Assembly (NCBI GenBank): GCA_964188305.1
Contig: OZ076889.1
Origin: Podarcis bocagei
Taxonomy: Eukaryota
Direction: 5' to 3' (one strand)
DNA length: 64,000 bases
The notes under the pieces were generated by a model. That model was not told where the DNA came from. It did no database searches and was given only the letters and a program-made list of their open reading frames with translations. Position 1 is the first letter of the stretch. Each line of letters opens with the position of its first letter. The translations under genes were made by a program, and so were the position numbers. This document shows, in pieces, positions 1-12,860 of this stretch.

Positions 1-639
1 ACTTTATGCAAAGGGAGCCCTATCACACCACCTTATACTAGTCTGGTTCAGAAGAGGTATGTGGGAGGTATCTTTTCCAGAAAGAGGAAGAGCTGCTTTA
101 TCATCTACAACTGGGAAGATGCACACCCACAAATCCAGGAGGATGCCCAGAAGGAAGCCTTTCCAGCATGCAAACCTGCTGCTTACTTGAGTGCAACACA
201 CAACTTTCCAGTTGAAATTGGTTTTGCGTGGGGTTTCAATTTATTTATCTTACTCAGCTGACTACTAACCTCAGGACAAGGACAAGACTGCCACTGCTGG
301 TTCATATGGAAATGAAATATATATTTAGCTTTGAAAAGCCCTCAAGGAATTCCAGAGGGGGGAAGACAACAGAACCACCCTAAGTACACATAGGGACAAA
401 TATTTTTATTTATTTTTTGGCTTGTGCTTAAAGTGCACAAATTCTGTAAGTACATAGCTCTTTTTTATTATGATATTCCCCAGTGGGCAACATCAACACA
501 GTTAACTTGCAGAAGGATGGGAGGTAAGGTAGCGATAGAACAAAGAAGAATAAAGCTATAGGATAGTCTAGTTTAGTTGCTGAATCGATGTAACAGAAAC
601 AGGCAAGTTTCTGCAAAGGCAGTGGCACACCAGAGATCC

Positions 640-1255
640 ACAAAGTCAGATTGATATCCAGGAATAATCTACAAGATGGATGTAGAAGAAAAAGCTCCCA
701 GATAAACAAGTACAAATCATCATCAAGGATGTACAACCCATCCTGGAGAATGGAACGTCCCTTTTACAGGTCTTGGGGTGGTAGGTCAGTCCTTGCTTAC
801 AGACACCCATCTAACCTAAAACAGCTACCCACCAGCAACAATAGGCCACAGAAAAGAGGCACAGACACAAGCATCAGACCCTGCAATATAGCCAAACACC
901 AGTTTTCTCCCCAAATCTATCTCCTCAGCAATGCTATTATAGATCCTAATAATGTTAATGACAATATCAATGATTTATTAATCTGCTCCATTTTCCACTG
1001 TTGAATGCAACTATCTGCTGGCAAATGAGACAAACAGCCCAGTCCCTAAATAAAATACAAATCTCACAGCAGAAATGGCAATATTCAGAAAACAGCATCC
1101 CAAGAGACACTGCCACTGACCTTAAGGTGGCCTTTCTCAAACAGTGGAACTTCTAAGGAGAGCTGCTGAACTGCAATTTATCAAACAATTTAATTCTATC
1201 AACGGTGACTTGAATTAGGTTAAACGTTTTTTATCACACTGAAAGCGTTAATTAA
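640..1255 (+). mobile_element. Decayed Penelope-like element (PLE) remnant, RT C-terminal/GIY-YIG region
   Basis: Translations contain 'GGRSVLAYRHPSNLKQL' and 'DLKVAFLKQ...ELQFIKQFNSINGDLN', which resemble the vertebrate PLE linker and GIY-YIG end; interrupted by stops and frameshifts; ends approximate. Confidence 0.6.
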
Positions 1256-2211
1256 GATTATTGTGCCATCACTTACACATTCTTTGTGAATGGTCATGGG
1301 TAAAATAGGTCATGTACCGGTACTTCCTGCATTTAACTTCCCTCTGTTTACAACTGTCACCACAGCCGTATATATTTATATAGGCCACTTCTGGACAACT
1401 CACAGAAATAATTCATGCTTCTGATGAGTGGAATTCTAAGTGTATGGATTTTGCACCTAGCACCACTGGTAGGTTCCAGCAAAAACAAAGCAGATTCTCC
1501 AAAACTGTCATCTGCCCAACTCTGTTTTAGACCAATAACGATATTCATTTCCAGACTATCGCCCAATTACTTGTAGTGCTGAATGATTTTTAAATAAGAT
1601 ACATTAAAATCCTGATTTGAAGTGACAAGCAGAAAGCCGATCTGCTGAAAGGGAGCCTATTAAAAAAAAAAAAAAAGGATACAAGACCACCCAAGCGCTT
1701 ACAAGCGTGATGACTTTTCTAGCCTCTTGGAACAAAATCAGACATGACATCAGGAGGTGCATACTTTTCGCTGTGGGGCAAATTCTAGCTTTGAGGAAAG
1801 GACAACTTAAAGCTCAAGTGGCACAGGAGCAAAGTAATTGCAAGCACCATGTCACCTTGCTACTAGTGCTACATGGTTAGATGATGATGACAAGGTAAGA
1901 GATGCATCTCAATAAAAGACAAAGTTAAGTATTCTACCTCCTGCCTCACTCAAGATAGGCCAATATCACACACATACTTGCGCAGCTATCACAGCGCTGC
2001 CAATCTGGGCCCTATGAGCAACATTCATATCGGCATGGCCTTTGCCTATAGAGGGGCAAATAGAATACAAAATGGTTCTGAAAACATGATTTACTACACT
2101 GGTTGCTTTTAGTGTGATAAGGTAGTAAAGTTTACAGTTAGGCTGGAATGAGGTGGTGAGATTTGCCTGTCAACCATGCATTTGTCTCCATGACAGTTGT
2201 CCAACAAAATA

Positions 2212-2844
2212 CCATATTTTTCGCTCTATAACACGCACCCGACCATAACACGCACGTAGTTTTTAGAGGAGGAAAACAAGAAAAAAAATATTCTAAATGA
2301 AACAGTGGATGTATGATTTTTGTGGCTCATGCTGTGGCCACAGACATGTGATCTGACAGCGAGTTTGGAGTAGCCCAATGCAAAAATCCTGAGGATCCAT
2401 GTGGATCCATGCTTTGTAACCATGTTTTTGCACCACTGCGGCCCCAGGCAACAGTGGGTGCGTGATTTTTTTGGTGCAAGATGTAGCCATGGACATGCTA
2501 TGTGATCTGATGGTGAATTTGGGGTGACCCAGTGCAAAAATTCTGAGGATCCATGTGGATCTGTGCTTTACACTTGTGGAAGAGGCTCCTCTCCTCTCCC
2601 GCTTTGTTCCTTCAAAGAAGCAGGATCTCTGTCCCTCTCTCCTCCCCACTCAGCGGCTCTTCTCCCACTTTGCTGTTTCAAAGTGAGCCACGGAGGAGGA
2701 AAGGAAGGGGAACCATGGATCCTCTGCTCATGACTGCAGCAGATCCCCCCCGCCACCCGTAGGCATTCCCTCCATAACACGCACAGACATTTCCCCTTAC
2801 TTTCTAGGAGGAAAAAAGTGAGTGTTATGGTGCAAAAAATACGG
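2212..2844. mobile_element. Tc2-like (TcMar) non-autonomous element, copy 1, with a diverged ~150-bp internal duplication
   Basis: TA|CCATATTTTTCGCTCTATAACACGCAC ... GTGAGTGTTATGGTGCAAAAAATACGG|TA termini; extra subterminal CCATAACACGCAC copies. Confidence 0.85.
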
Positions 2845-5800
2845 TACATTTACTCTGCTCATTAACTGTTTGCCTTGAGGTGTTCTTCCAGTAACCCTAT
2901 CCATCCAAACACCAAGATGCTCCACAAGAAATTCTACTGTAGTGCATAGCTTTGCCTTCTTTAGGCACTTGTATAATTTTACTAGAAGCAATGCATAGAG
3001 CAATAAGCTAGGTGCTTGTTGGCACTTCATCTAATCCAAGAGTTGACCCCTAATTGCTTCCACATGTTACATAACAAAAAAGGTTACTTGGGTTGTTATA
3101 AATATTCATAGCATTGATATTTTATTTAGCATTTCATAATTAACCTATTATACATGCAGATACTTTTCTTATATATATTTCTAATCATAAGTATTACTAT
3201 TTATTATAATTTTAAAGTAGATTAAAAACAAAAGAGAATACACTTTTAAAATGTACCACAGAATCTGTGCAATACATCAACATAAAAGGCAGATCAATGT
3301 GGAAAAAAAGTTTCTTGATGGTACAAAGTTTGAATTCCACACCTTTGCTGAATGCAGATTGCAAGTTGTGATGTCCCCAAGCTGTAAGGATGTATGGCAG
3401 TGTGTCTACCAAACATGGGGGGTAGATATTTACATTTAAGTGAAAGGAGTATTTGACTTGGATCCAAGATGTTCTAAGTTAAGTCAAAGCAAGTAATTTA
3501 TCAGGCCCTAACAGTGCATGTCCAACTTAAATTGCTTTACACCAGACACACATTCATTTTGAAGGAGCCAGGTTGAAAATACACCTCTGGAACTCATCTT
3601 CAGAACCTTTTCTAGCACACGGTAATGCAAGTATTTCTTTAAAAACCGACAAGAAAATCTTCTAGTTTATGCAAAAAGCCATTGATTGTCAATTAAAACC
3701 AATCTAACATGATGTTGGGACAGAGCCAGTAAACCAACTTACTCTGCTGAATTACAGCAATCAACAGGTACTACTGAAATGTATCAGAGCCACAAGATCC
3801 CTGAATGAATACTGCATTTTTCCTCAGTGGGATATTCAAAATAATCAACTAACGAAAAAGTACCTAAACTTTATTTGCTTCACAGAAATGACAGTGTTCA
3901 AAAAATACTAGATTGTGGGTTGCTAGTGAAGTCTAATTGCAATTTATACAATTAGACACGTAGTTGAACAAATGTAACTTTTTTTTACTATAAATAACCT
4001 TTCAAAGGGTTAATAAAGTGAGGCTTTTTCAAGTTGTCAGTGCCAATTAACCTAGAATTGTGAAATAAGAAATGGGCTGCAGCTGTAAGAAGCAATGCTA
4101 ACTCCTGGGTCAATATGTTGGACAAGACAGATAAGCTCCAAAGACTAATTTTTGTAGGCCTGCTACAATTCAACTCATGAAACCACACTTCATATATAAA
4201 ACTGTCATTACTTTTGTATTTGTAGTCTTGGAGTACAATGTCTACTTTCAAAAACAAATAGCCTATTCACTCTTCAAAGAAAGGGAGAGGAACCTCTGGC
4301 TTGTGGGCTACGCTTAGCCTGCCAGGGGGGTTCCCTTTGGCTCATGATGCCATTTCTCCCCAAACCATGCCTACCTGTCACTCAGCTGACATAACTGGGT
4401 GATGTCAGCTGATGGGGGGGATGAGTTCAATCATGCTGACTGCTGGTGAAGCAGACCCCTGCAGAGAGCAAAACTGAAGTATCCACTAATTAGCTGGTGA
4501 GCAGAGTTCCATCCTACCAGGTCCTGCTTCATTTGTGGAGAACACAATGGCAAAGAAGACCCCTCTCCCCACACTGCAAGTCAACTCTGACAGGTGGGTC
4601 TGACAGCCCATGTATCAGTCACCTGACATTATGATGACATCATCTCCACCTCTGGCTGAAAGGCAAATGGATCTTTTGTGGCATATGCGTTCGCAGGCTG
4701 ATGCTGGAGCATACAGTTGCAGCCAATGATCAGACTGAGCAACCACGTTTGCCCGTCACAATAAGCAGCCCAAGTTGCTGTCTTATTGTGGTTCACTGTG
4801 CACAAATAATGTACTTGTGCACGTGGCCCAGCCATTTCCACTTCACTTCTTTCATAAGCGCAAGCAAGAGAAGCAAATCAGAAAACTACAATAAAGACAG
4901 GCTTCTTATTACATCCAAACACGGGATCACAGTTTCTTGCTTCACAAGAAGCCAGGATTTCTAAGCCAACAACAAACCATGACTTAAGGCTGGCGAACAG
5001 TTATGGCTTTTACAAAGCAACAAAGTTTAAAAAGGGTACAAGCCAATACTTAATCTAAATCTGCACCCTTAATATATTTAGATTAATGTGCCCAATAAAA
5101 CTTTTAAGAAGAATACATATAAAACCTGCAGGTCTTACATCCAGTATTTGGACATTAATAGAAAATTGAACTTATTTGCGGCTTCCTGGTTTGCTTCTCC
5201 CACATGTCTCAGGGGAGGAGTGAAGAGGGAGCGATTGGGAAGTGCGCAGCAGCATGCTCCTTATGCACAACAAACCATTAAAAGCCAGTAAATCTAAACA
5301 AAGGCACAGTGTAAGTTCCTCTTGTCCCACTAGGGGAATCAAATAAGCTGTGCATCTTTACAGGCAGACAACCCATTTTAGGTATCAAAAATAAGCCAGT
5401 GAACTTTTCCATCCCTAAGAAAAAGTGCAGAGGTTAATGGGTCTTCAGGTTACCCAATTGATGGAATAGGTCAAGAACAAACATATGCAGTACTACTGAA
5501 ACACAAACCACTTCACCATTCCAATTCAAGGATCAAGGAAAGGATTAATTGAATAAAGTCACTTGAAACAATCAAAACAATGGCAGACACTATACAAACA
5601 GCACATTTACACACTGATAATTGTTTCTCTCAGCAGGAAGCAAAAATGTCTATAAAGCAAATTATGGCTTTCTCTGTGAAGAGGAGTAACAAAATCCATT
5701 TGAAATAAAGGATGTTCTTACTGTCTTTGCTGTGTACACTGTTCTTCAACATTCTACTTAGGTACAAAGAGGATATTATTTCACTCTTTCATACTGTATG

Positions 5801-6064
5801 TCTTATTCCCAACTTTCTGTTCCATCTTCAAGTTAATGTGGAAGACTTACTTGAACCTATTTGATTAAGATTACTTATATGCCACTTTTCCAGCATCAGC
5901 TGTGCCCAAGGTGGCTTACAACAAACATTCAAAACATCCTATAATAATTATATGAAATGGAGGAGCATGTCAATAAATTTAAAAGCAGACCCCTGCTTTT
6001 AAACAATTTAACAAGCATAGAATAAATCCAATATTACTAAAAAACAAAAAAAAAGGTTTAAGTA

Positions 6065-6327
6065 CAGTGGTACCTCGCAAGACGAATGCCTCGGAAGATG
6101 AAAAACTCGCAAGACGAAAGAGTTTTTCGTTTTTTGAGTTGCTTCGCAAGACGAATTTCCCTATGGGCTTGCTTCGCAAGATGAAAACGTCTTGCAAGTT
6201 TGTTTCCTTTTTCTTAAAACCGCTTGAAGAGTTGCAGTTGCGACTTGACCGTGCTTCGCAAGACGAAAAATTCGCAAGACGAAAAAACTCACAGAACGAA
6301 TTAATTTCATCTTGCGAGGCACCACTG
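6065..6327. mobile_element. Tc1/mariner/pogo-type MITE (CAGTGGTACCT termini)
   Basis: TA|CAGTGGTACCTCGCAAGA ... TCTTGCGAGGCACCACTG|TA; internal repeats of TCGCAAGACGAA. Confidence 0.85.
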
Positions 6328-8298
6328 TATGTAACATACAAAGCAGAACAAGAGCTAATTGACAATTGTTTCTGGTACTGGTCTTCCTGCACTCCCAGAA
6401 GCCTGGCTTAAATAAGAGTTTTGAAGGGAGGAGTTCTCTTACCAGGCTAAATAGCGTACAGCTATCTTCCATATTCTTACTCTAGAGGAGGCTGGCAGCA
6501 GCAAAAGGCAAATGCTGGAGAACATAATGATGGTCAGCCGCTTCCCCAACCTCCTGGAAGTGCCAACTGCTGGTACAGTTCTTACTGCACTTCAAAACAC
6601 CTAAGCAGCACAGTTCAGAAGGAAAGGGTCATATCACCAGGAAAGATGACTTACAACAGGCTCCCACATCCCAATTTCAACTGCCTGCAATCTAACATAC
6701 TTCAGTGTCCCATACTTATTCCACAGGCAGTTGCTGTAGTTAGATCAATGCAATAAGCTAGCACCTTAGCAGAGTTAAAGATAAAAGATTGCCTTGCTTG
6801 TGTCCCCCCCCCACCCATAACAACAAATTGCATATCCCCATGTTTAAAATAAATTATTCTTTAATTATTCCTGATCCTATATGCATGTCTGCTTGGAAAT
6901 GCTCTCAGTGAATTCAGTAGGACTTACTGCCCAGAATGAGCCTTACGGCTCATGCACACATCTTCTCTGTACTTGATTACTGTACTCTTGGTGACTAGCA
7001 ACTGAAAATGCAGGAATGCCGTTTCACTTGTTTACCAGACAAGAATGATTTCAACATTACCACAATGTGTTAATTAAGATGTTTTCATGATTGTACCTGC
7101 AGAACTGAATCTTAAGAGGAGTGGGGGAAGAAGAATGTTACACCATTTCAGAAACTTCCCATAGTTAGTTGTCTACAAATTTTCAATAAATCAGCATTTT
7201 CTTACACAAACCCATGATAATTAGAGAGTAGGGGAAAAATGTTTTGCAAAGCACTGAGAAAGATAGTCTGCAGCATCCACAACTAAAACAAAACAAAACA
7301 CTTATTTGATGGCCTACGATAGGACTTGCTATGGTTTGGTTCATTTCCGTGATGTCTGGGTAACCACCTGAGGCACCCCAAAGGCCTTTTGTCATGTCAC
7401 ACACTGCCAGTTTCCAGATGACACGTTTTTAAAAACACACACAAAACCCCCACATATTTTTGCCCTGGTACAATATGCAACAATGCCCTGGCTTCAAATG
7501 CAACAGTTGCAGAATTACAAGGAAGAGGAGGAGGAACCTTTTCCTGTTATTCTACAGACAAAATTATGGGATTGCTATTTCACCTTTCTTTTGGAAGAAT
7601 CATCACTGGTTATTAATGCATGCTATTTAAGAACAACCCATTTAATAGATATATATATATATATATATATATAGCCTAAAATCCTTTGTTCGGAAAGCAA
7701 TCTATTCCAAATAACAAAGCTAGCCTTCCACAAGGCTAGATGATAAGCAGCAGGAAGTCTCTCACCTTTTAGAGAGTATTCAAAGAATTCACTTCAATAC
7801 AATCAAGCAATGGGAATTCCTCATAGGCTGTGAAAGGTGACAAGTGTCATGAAATGCCCTTCTCTCAGGAGGGAACCTTCAGCTCCCACTGACCCAATTA
7901 ACTTCAGGCTATCCTCAGATGTCAAAAACTAACAACGCCCATACATTTCTCCCATTTTCTGTGCCAGCTACTAAATGGGAAAAGGTGTATATTTTATGAC
8001 AAGGGGAGGAGGGAACTGCCTGCACACATCATCTTGCAAGATCTGCATTTTAAGATTTCCCAGAAATACAAGTTGCCATTTATATTTCATGAAAACAATA
8101 GCAGCACCCCCAAAATGAGATTAAATATTGCACAAGCAAAAACACAACACACACCCAGGTTACTTGTCATATATACCACCACCATCCCCTTCCCTGGCAC
8201 AGTCCCCCAACGGCTGGATGATTCACCCCAGTAAAGAGAACCCCGTCAAGAACGACGGATGAGGAAAAGGGAGGTGATAAGAAGACATGCTAACCTAC

Positions 8299-8437
8299 CT
8301 GTCCCGAAGGCTTTGGCCACCAGCCACGCTAGATTACAGGCGATTTTCGCTCTGTTGAAGTCGTAATGATCAAAGGGTTTGATGGCAGGGACAATGAACG
8401 TCTTTCTCATTTCCTTGACGTCTGCGGCATCCCCCAT
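8299..8437 (-). CDS. CAMSAP2: CAMSAP2 coding exon 1 (calmodulin-regulated spectrin-associated protein 2); gene continues beyond the left edge
   Basis: MGDAADVKEMRKTFIVPAIKPFDHYDFNRAKIACNLAWLVAKAFGT matches the CAMSAP2 N-terminus; 139 nt, then donor G|GTAGGT on the minus strand; syntenic with DDX59 and KIF14. Confidence 0.95.
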
Positions 8438-8619
8438 TTTCCTTCCCTCCCCCCCACACCCCGGGCCCACAGAGCCTTAATTTTATTTTATTTTCAAAAA
8501 ATCGATTTACATGATTCACCTTCTAGAAGGCAACCTTCAATATATAGAGAGATATATTATATATAGATGTATATTTTAAAAATCTAGTAATATATAGGTC
8601 TTCCTTTTCTTTTTAGGAG

Positions 8620-9800
8620 ACCGTAGCAAGGGAGGATGGAGGCGGTGCAGCGAACTCAGCTGTGTTTATGGGGCGAAATCCCCCCCGCCACCGCTTCCCC
8701 TCCCGCTGCATAGGAATGTGAAAGAAATGCCCTCTTTTTCTCCTTCTCCCCCACCCTACGCCACCCCACCCCAGGGCCCTTTGTCCGAATGCCCTTTTTC
8801 CGATTCCAAACAAATAAATTGCAACCGCAGCCGATGGCCAGCTCGGAGACTCCTCGGGCGAATGGTGAGGATTATTGCTGCTGCTGTTATTATCAATTAT
8901 TCTGGTTGCTTCTTCTTTTTCGAAAGAGAGTCTTCCCCACAAGCCTGAAGAGGAGGCTCCTGCTCGGCTCGGCTCTCCCCTCCGAAATGCAGAGGGGGCG
9001 GGGAAAAGGGGCCAGACTCTGGAGGGAGGCGGCCGGGATTTTCCTGCAGCGGCTCGGGAGGAAGCGGCGCCCAAGGCAGGGAGATGTCCGGGCGCTCCAG
9101 ATACGGCTCTCCAAGCGGGAAGGCGAGGGAGGGACCCGGCGGCCGAGGCGGCCGCGGCGCTTGTCAGTGCTCCTCCCGGCGCTCTGAGGGCCGCCTCGCT
9201 TTCTCCGGCGTCGCCCCTATGTCGCCCCCTTCCCAAGCTTCGCCACAGCTTCCCTTCCTCCTCCTCCTGCCGCGCTCAAGACTGAGGAAAGCAGCCGCGC
9301 GCAAAGACGCATGCGCGCTCTCCGGGCTAGCCGCTGCCCCCTCCTCATCGTGCGCGCTTCCCCGGCTTGGGCGGAGCTGCCGGGAGAGGAGACGGGGTGG
9401 GGTGGGGGATAGACCAAGGGGAGGCGCAGAGGGGTGTTGCTTCCCCCCCTCCCCACCGATGCCCGGCTTGGGGAAACGGAGGGTCACGTGGCCGGTACAA
9501 TGGGGCATTCTTGACGCGCGCGCTCCAGCTCACCATCATCTGGTTCCAAGGCGCCTCAGCGACCTGGGCGGAGGCTGGCCCACCACCAGGGCGCACGGGG
9601 TGGGGTGGCAAATGGGGAGGGCCTCGGGCAGCTTGAAGGCCTGGGGCAGGCGGGGTGGGCGCCCGGCCCTTCTCTGTACAGGAACAGGCTGAGGATGCAG
9701 GCTGAGAGAGGAAACGAGGCAGCTCCCGGGCATGCATTGGCACCGGCGATGCCCCATGGTAATTATAGACTTAATAGTCTTCCCCCGTCGCCGCCTTTTG
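8620..9800 (-). promoter_or_regulatory. CpG island, promoter and 5' UTR of CAMSAP2
   Basis: GC- and CpG-rich block directly upstream of the ATG; NRF1-like CGCATGCGC (~9308-9316) and E-box GTCACGTG (9483-9490). Confidence 0.8.
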
Positions 9801-10337
9801 GGTAATCATCATGTCTATTATTAGCTCACCTAGTTCAAGAGACGTTAGCCCTGCTATGGGGGGGGGGGAGAACTCATTTTGTTGAGGAGGAGCCCCCCCT
9901 CCCGGATTTCTACCGCAGAGTCCTGCCTTCAGGGCATCAATGACTGGCAGGCCCATTCTGGAGCGCGCTTTTTTTTTTTTTTTTAAGTTGCATTTGACTG
10001 CACTGTGGGAAATGTTGTCCAATTCGTGAAAAATAAATATTTTTTAAAAACACGCATATGTGTCTACATCTTAGTGTCTGGGCCACACAGCAATTGCAAT
10101 TGGTTAATTATCCGTTGTTGTTTTTTTAAAAAAGCTTCTCAAATCCTTGCCTTTCTTCCAACACAGGTCATGCAGTTTGCATGTGGGAACTGAAGCTTTG
10201 ATTTTCACTTGGGCAGCGATAGGATTCTTGGAAAGCACATGTGTCAGTGAGTTATGAACCTTATATAAGCATTTGTGCAGAAATAAAACTGCTTGCACAT
10301 TTGCAAAGCTATGCCAGCCCGGTGTGGTTTCAATACA

Positions 10338-10412
10338 GCATGTTGAGATTCCTGCATTGCAGGGTGTTGGACTAGATTACCCTTGGGGGTCCCTTCCCAC
10401 TCTATGATTCTA
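10338..10412 (+). mobile_element. Short CR1-type 3' tail fragment
   Basis: ...GGACTAGATTACCCTTGGGGGTCCCTTCCCACTCTATGATTCTA, the CR1 3'-end motif. Confidence 0.65.
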
Positions 10413-10734
10413 CGTGCTAATGTAAAATCTTTTTTAAAAAAATTATCTGAGAAAAACATGGGTGGCCACTATCACTAGTGCAATCTCTTCAGAGTCAATG
10501 TAAATTACCCTGATAGATGGGGCAATTAAAACATGTCTTAAATTTGGAACTAGGCATGTTTATCACTAACTGGGCTATCTGGGAAGAGAGCCAGGGAGTA
10601 CTATATGTTATATAGCCTTGCCCTCTCGGGCCAGAGCAGGAAACTGCTACAATTACTTAATTCTAGGCATGTAACAGTGAGGGACAAACTGCACATTACA
10701 TCCACATGTGTATAACCAAGCTCATAACTAGTAT

Positions 10735-11305
10735 TCCAGGCATACTGCCTCTGACAGTAAAGGTAGAACATAGCTAGTAGCCATTGATAGTCATATCGTC
10801 CATGAATTTATCGTCTATGAATTTAAAGCCATACAAGTTGGCAGCCATCAGTACATCTTGTGGGATCAAATTCTATAGTTTAGCTTTGTGCTATGTGAAG
10901 AAACACATTCTTTTGTCGCTCCTGAATCTTCCAACATTCAACTTCATGGCCCTGAGTTCTAGTATTACCAGGGAGAAAAACCTCTTCCTAGCTATCTTAT
11001 CCACACAGTGTATAATATTTCACACCTATCACATAGACACCCCTTCCGCCCCCACCCTCATCTCCCCATATTAAGAATCCCCTTGTTCACTTTGGTTGCC
11101 CTTTTCTGAACCTTTTCCAGGTCTTAATGTTTTCCTTTTTTAGGTAAGGCAATCATAATGGAACATGGTATCCCAAGTTGTGGCCATGCCATCGATTTGT
11201 ATAACAGCATTATAATTATGGCAACTGTATTTTCAATCCCTTTCCTAATGATCTCCAAGATGGAATTGGTCTTTTTCAGAGCTGCTGCATACTAGGTCAA
11301 CATTC
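10735..11305 (-). mobile_element. Old CR1 LINE 3' fragment
   Basis: Reverse complement resembles the CR1 ORF2 end and 3' UTR also seen at 22.7 kb and 37.1-37.7 kb; degenerate; ends approximate. Confidence 0.6.
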
Positions 11306-12357
11306 TGACCTTGAATTCTACAGCGGATAAAACACATCCTCAATTCCCTACATTATCAGTTTGGGATGAAATGTCACACAGCCCCTAAATCCCCTTCCCT
11401 GCCTTGTTAAGTATGGCTCTCAGTCTGTGAACCATCTTATTTTCTAGAGATGTAATTTTCCAACTCTGCTTCATGAAGCTCTGGTGTTAATGTGGAAACA
11501 TCACCATGCTTTTAATAAGAAAATCAGTAATGAAACAAAACCTTCCCTGGATCACTAGCCAGACTACTAGTCTTCCCCTGTAATACATTACCATAAGGGA
11601 ATGTTGGATGTGTTCAGCAGTGCACATTCATGAGTGACAGTAGTGAAACCCAAGATGCCTAGTCACTATTTCATGTGAATTGAGTATATGGACATGCCTC
11701 ATTAATATCTGTAATGTGTGTAGGGGTTATCTGGTAGACAACGTTAAGTAGGGATAAATGTTCCCAGAAGGTATATGGTTTGAAATCCTCTGTTCAATAG
11801 AAGGTAACCAATTACTGTCATGTGGAGAGATTGGGCCTCTGAGCAAAAAACGTTGCACATTGCGTGTAAAGGTCCTTTTTCAACACTTCATTTACATTCA
11901 CTGTGCAAGAGCAACCCATCATCCCACTGCTTGGTTCATTGGTCCACTGTAACCATCACAATGACAGAAAAGGGAGATGAGAACGAAATAGAATCACAAA
12001 GCATCATGCCTTCAGTGTTAGCCAAAACTCTGTAACTCAAGGAGAAAGCAATAGTAGCAGTGCTGAACAGTGTTTGTTTATTTTATTTATTAATTTATTA
12101 AACTTATTACTTGCTTGTCACCCTAAGTAACTTACAGCAATGTTAGTGTGTATGTATACATAAACACACACACACAGAGAGAGAGAGAGAAAGAAAGAAA
12201 TACACACTGCCATAAGGGAAAGGGGGGAAATCATACATCAATATATTGTCTAAAAGAGCTTTCCAAACTTTTCATATTGGTGATACACTTTTTAGACATG
12301 CATCATTTCGTGACACATTAATTCATTTTTACTAGCAAACTGGAAGTTAAACTAACC

Positions 12358-12493
12358 CAGGCTTCCATAAACTCAGCCCTCCAGATGTTTTTGGCTTACA
12401 ACTCCCATGATCCCTAGCTAGCAGGACCAGTGGTCAGGGATGATTGGAACTGTAGTCTCAAAACATCTGGAGGGATGAGTTTGAGGAAGCCTG
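12358..12493. mobile_element. Short palindromic hAT-Charlie-type MITE (nested)
   Basis: CAGGGCTTCC ... GGAAGCCTG termini; 8-bp TSD AACTAACC/AACCAACC; same core as the copies at 20210 and 50595. Confidence 0.8.
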
Positions 12494-12505
12494 AACCAAC
12501 CCTTT

Positions 12506-12860
12506 CGCTGTGGTCTAAACCAATGAGCCTCTTGGGATTGCTGATCGGAAGGTCAGTAGTTTGAATCCGCATGACGGGGTGAGCTCCCGTTGCTCTGTCC
12601 CAGCTTCTGCCAAACTAGCAGTTCGAAAGCACACCAATAAAAGTAGATAAATAGGTACCGCTCTGGCAGGAAAGTAAACGGCATTTCTGTGTGCTCTGGC
12701 TTCCTTTAGTGTTCTGTTGCACCATAAGTGGGCCACATGACCTGGAAAGCTGTCTGTGGACAAACGCCGGCTCCCTTGGCCTGAAAGAGAAATGAGTGCT
12801 GCAACCCCATAGTCACCTTTAACTGGACTTAACTGTCCAGGGGTCCTTTACCTTTTTTTT
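12506..12860 (+). mobile_element. Sauria-type SINE (nested)
   Basis: tRNA-like head (CGCTGTGG...TTGAATCC), body matching the copy at 16643, and GGGGTCCTTTACCTTT tail. Confidence 0.8.

Noticed and set aside
8613-9805. Long ORFs (up to 207 aa) upstream of CAMSAP2
   Set aside because: Low-complexity G/P/R/A translations on both strands, typical of a CpG island.
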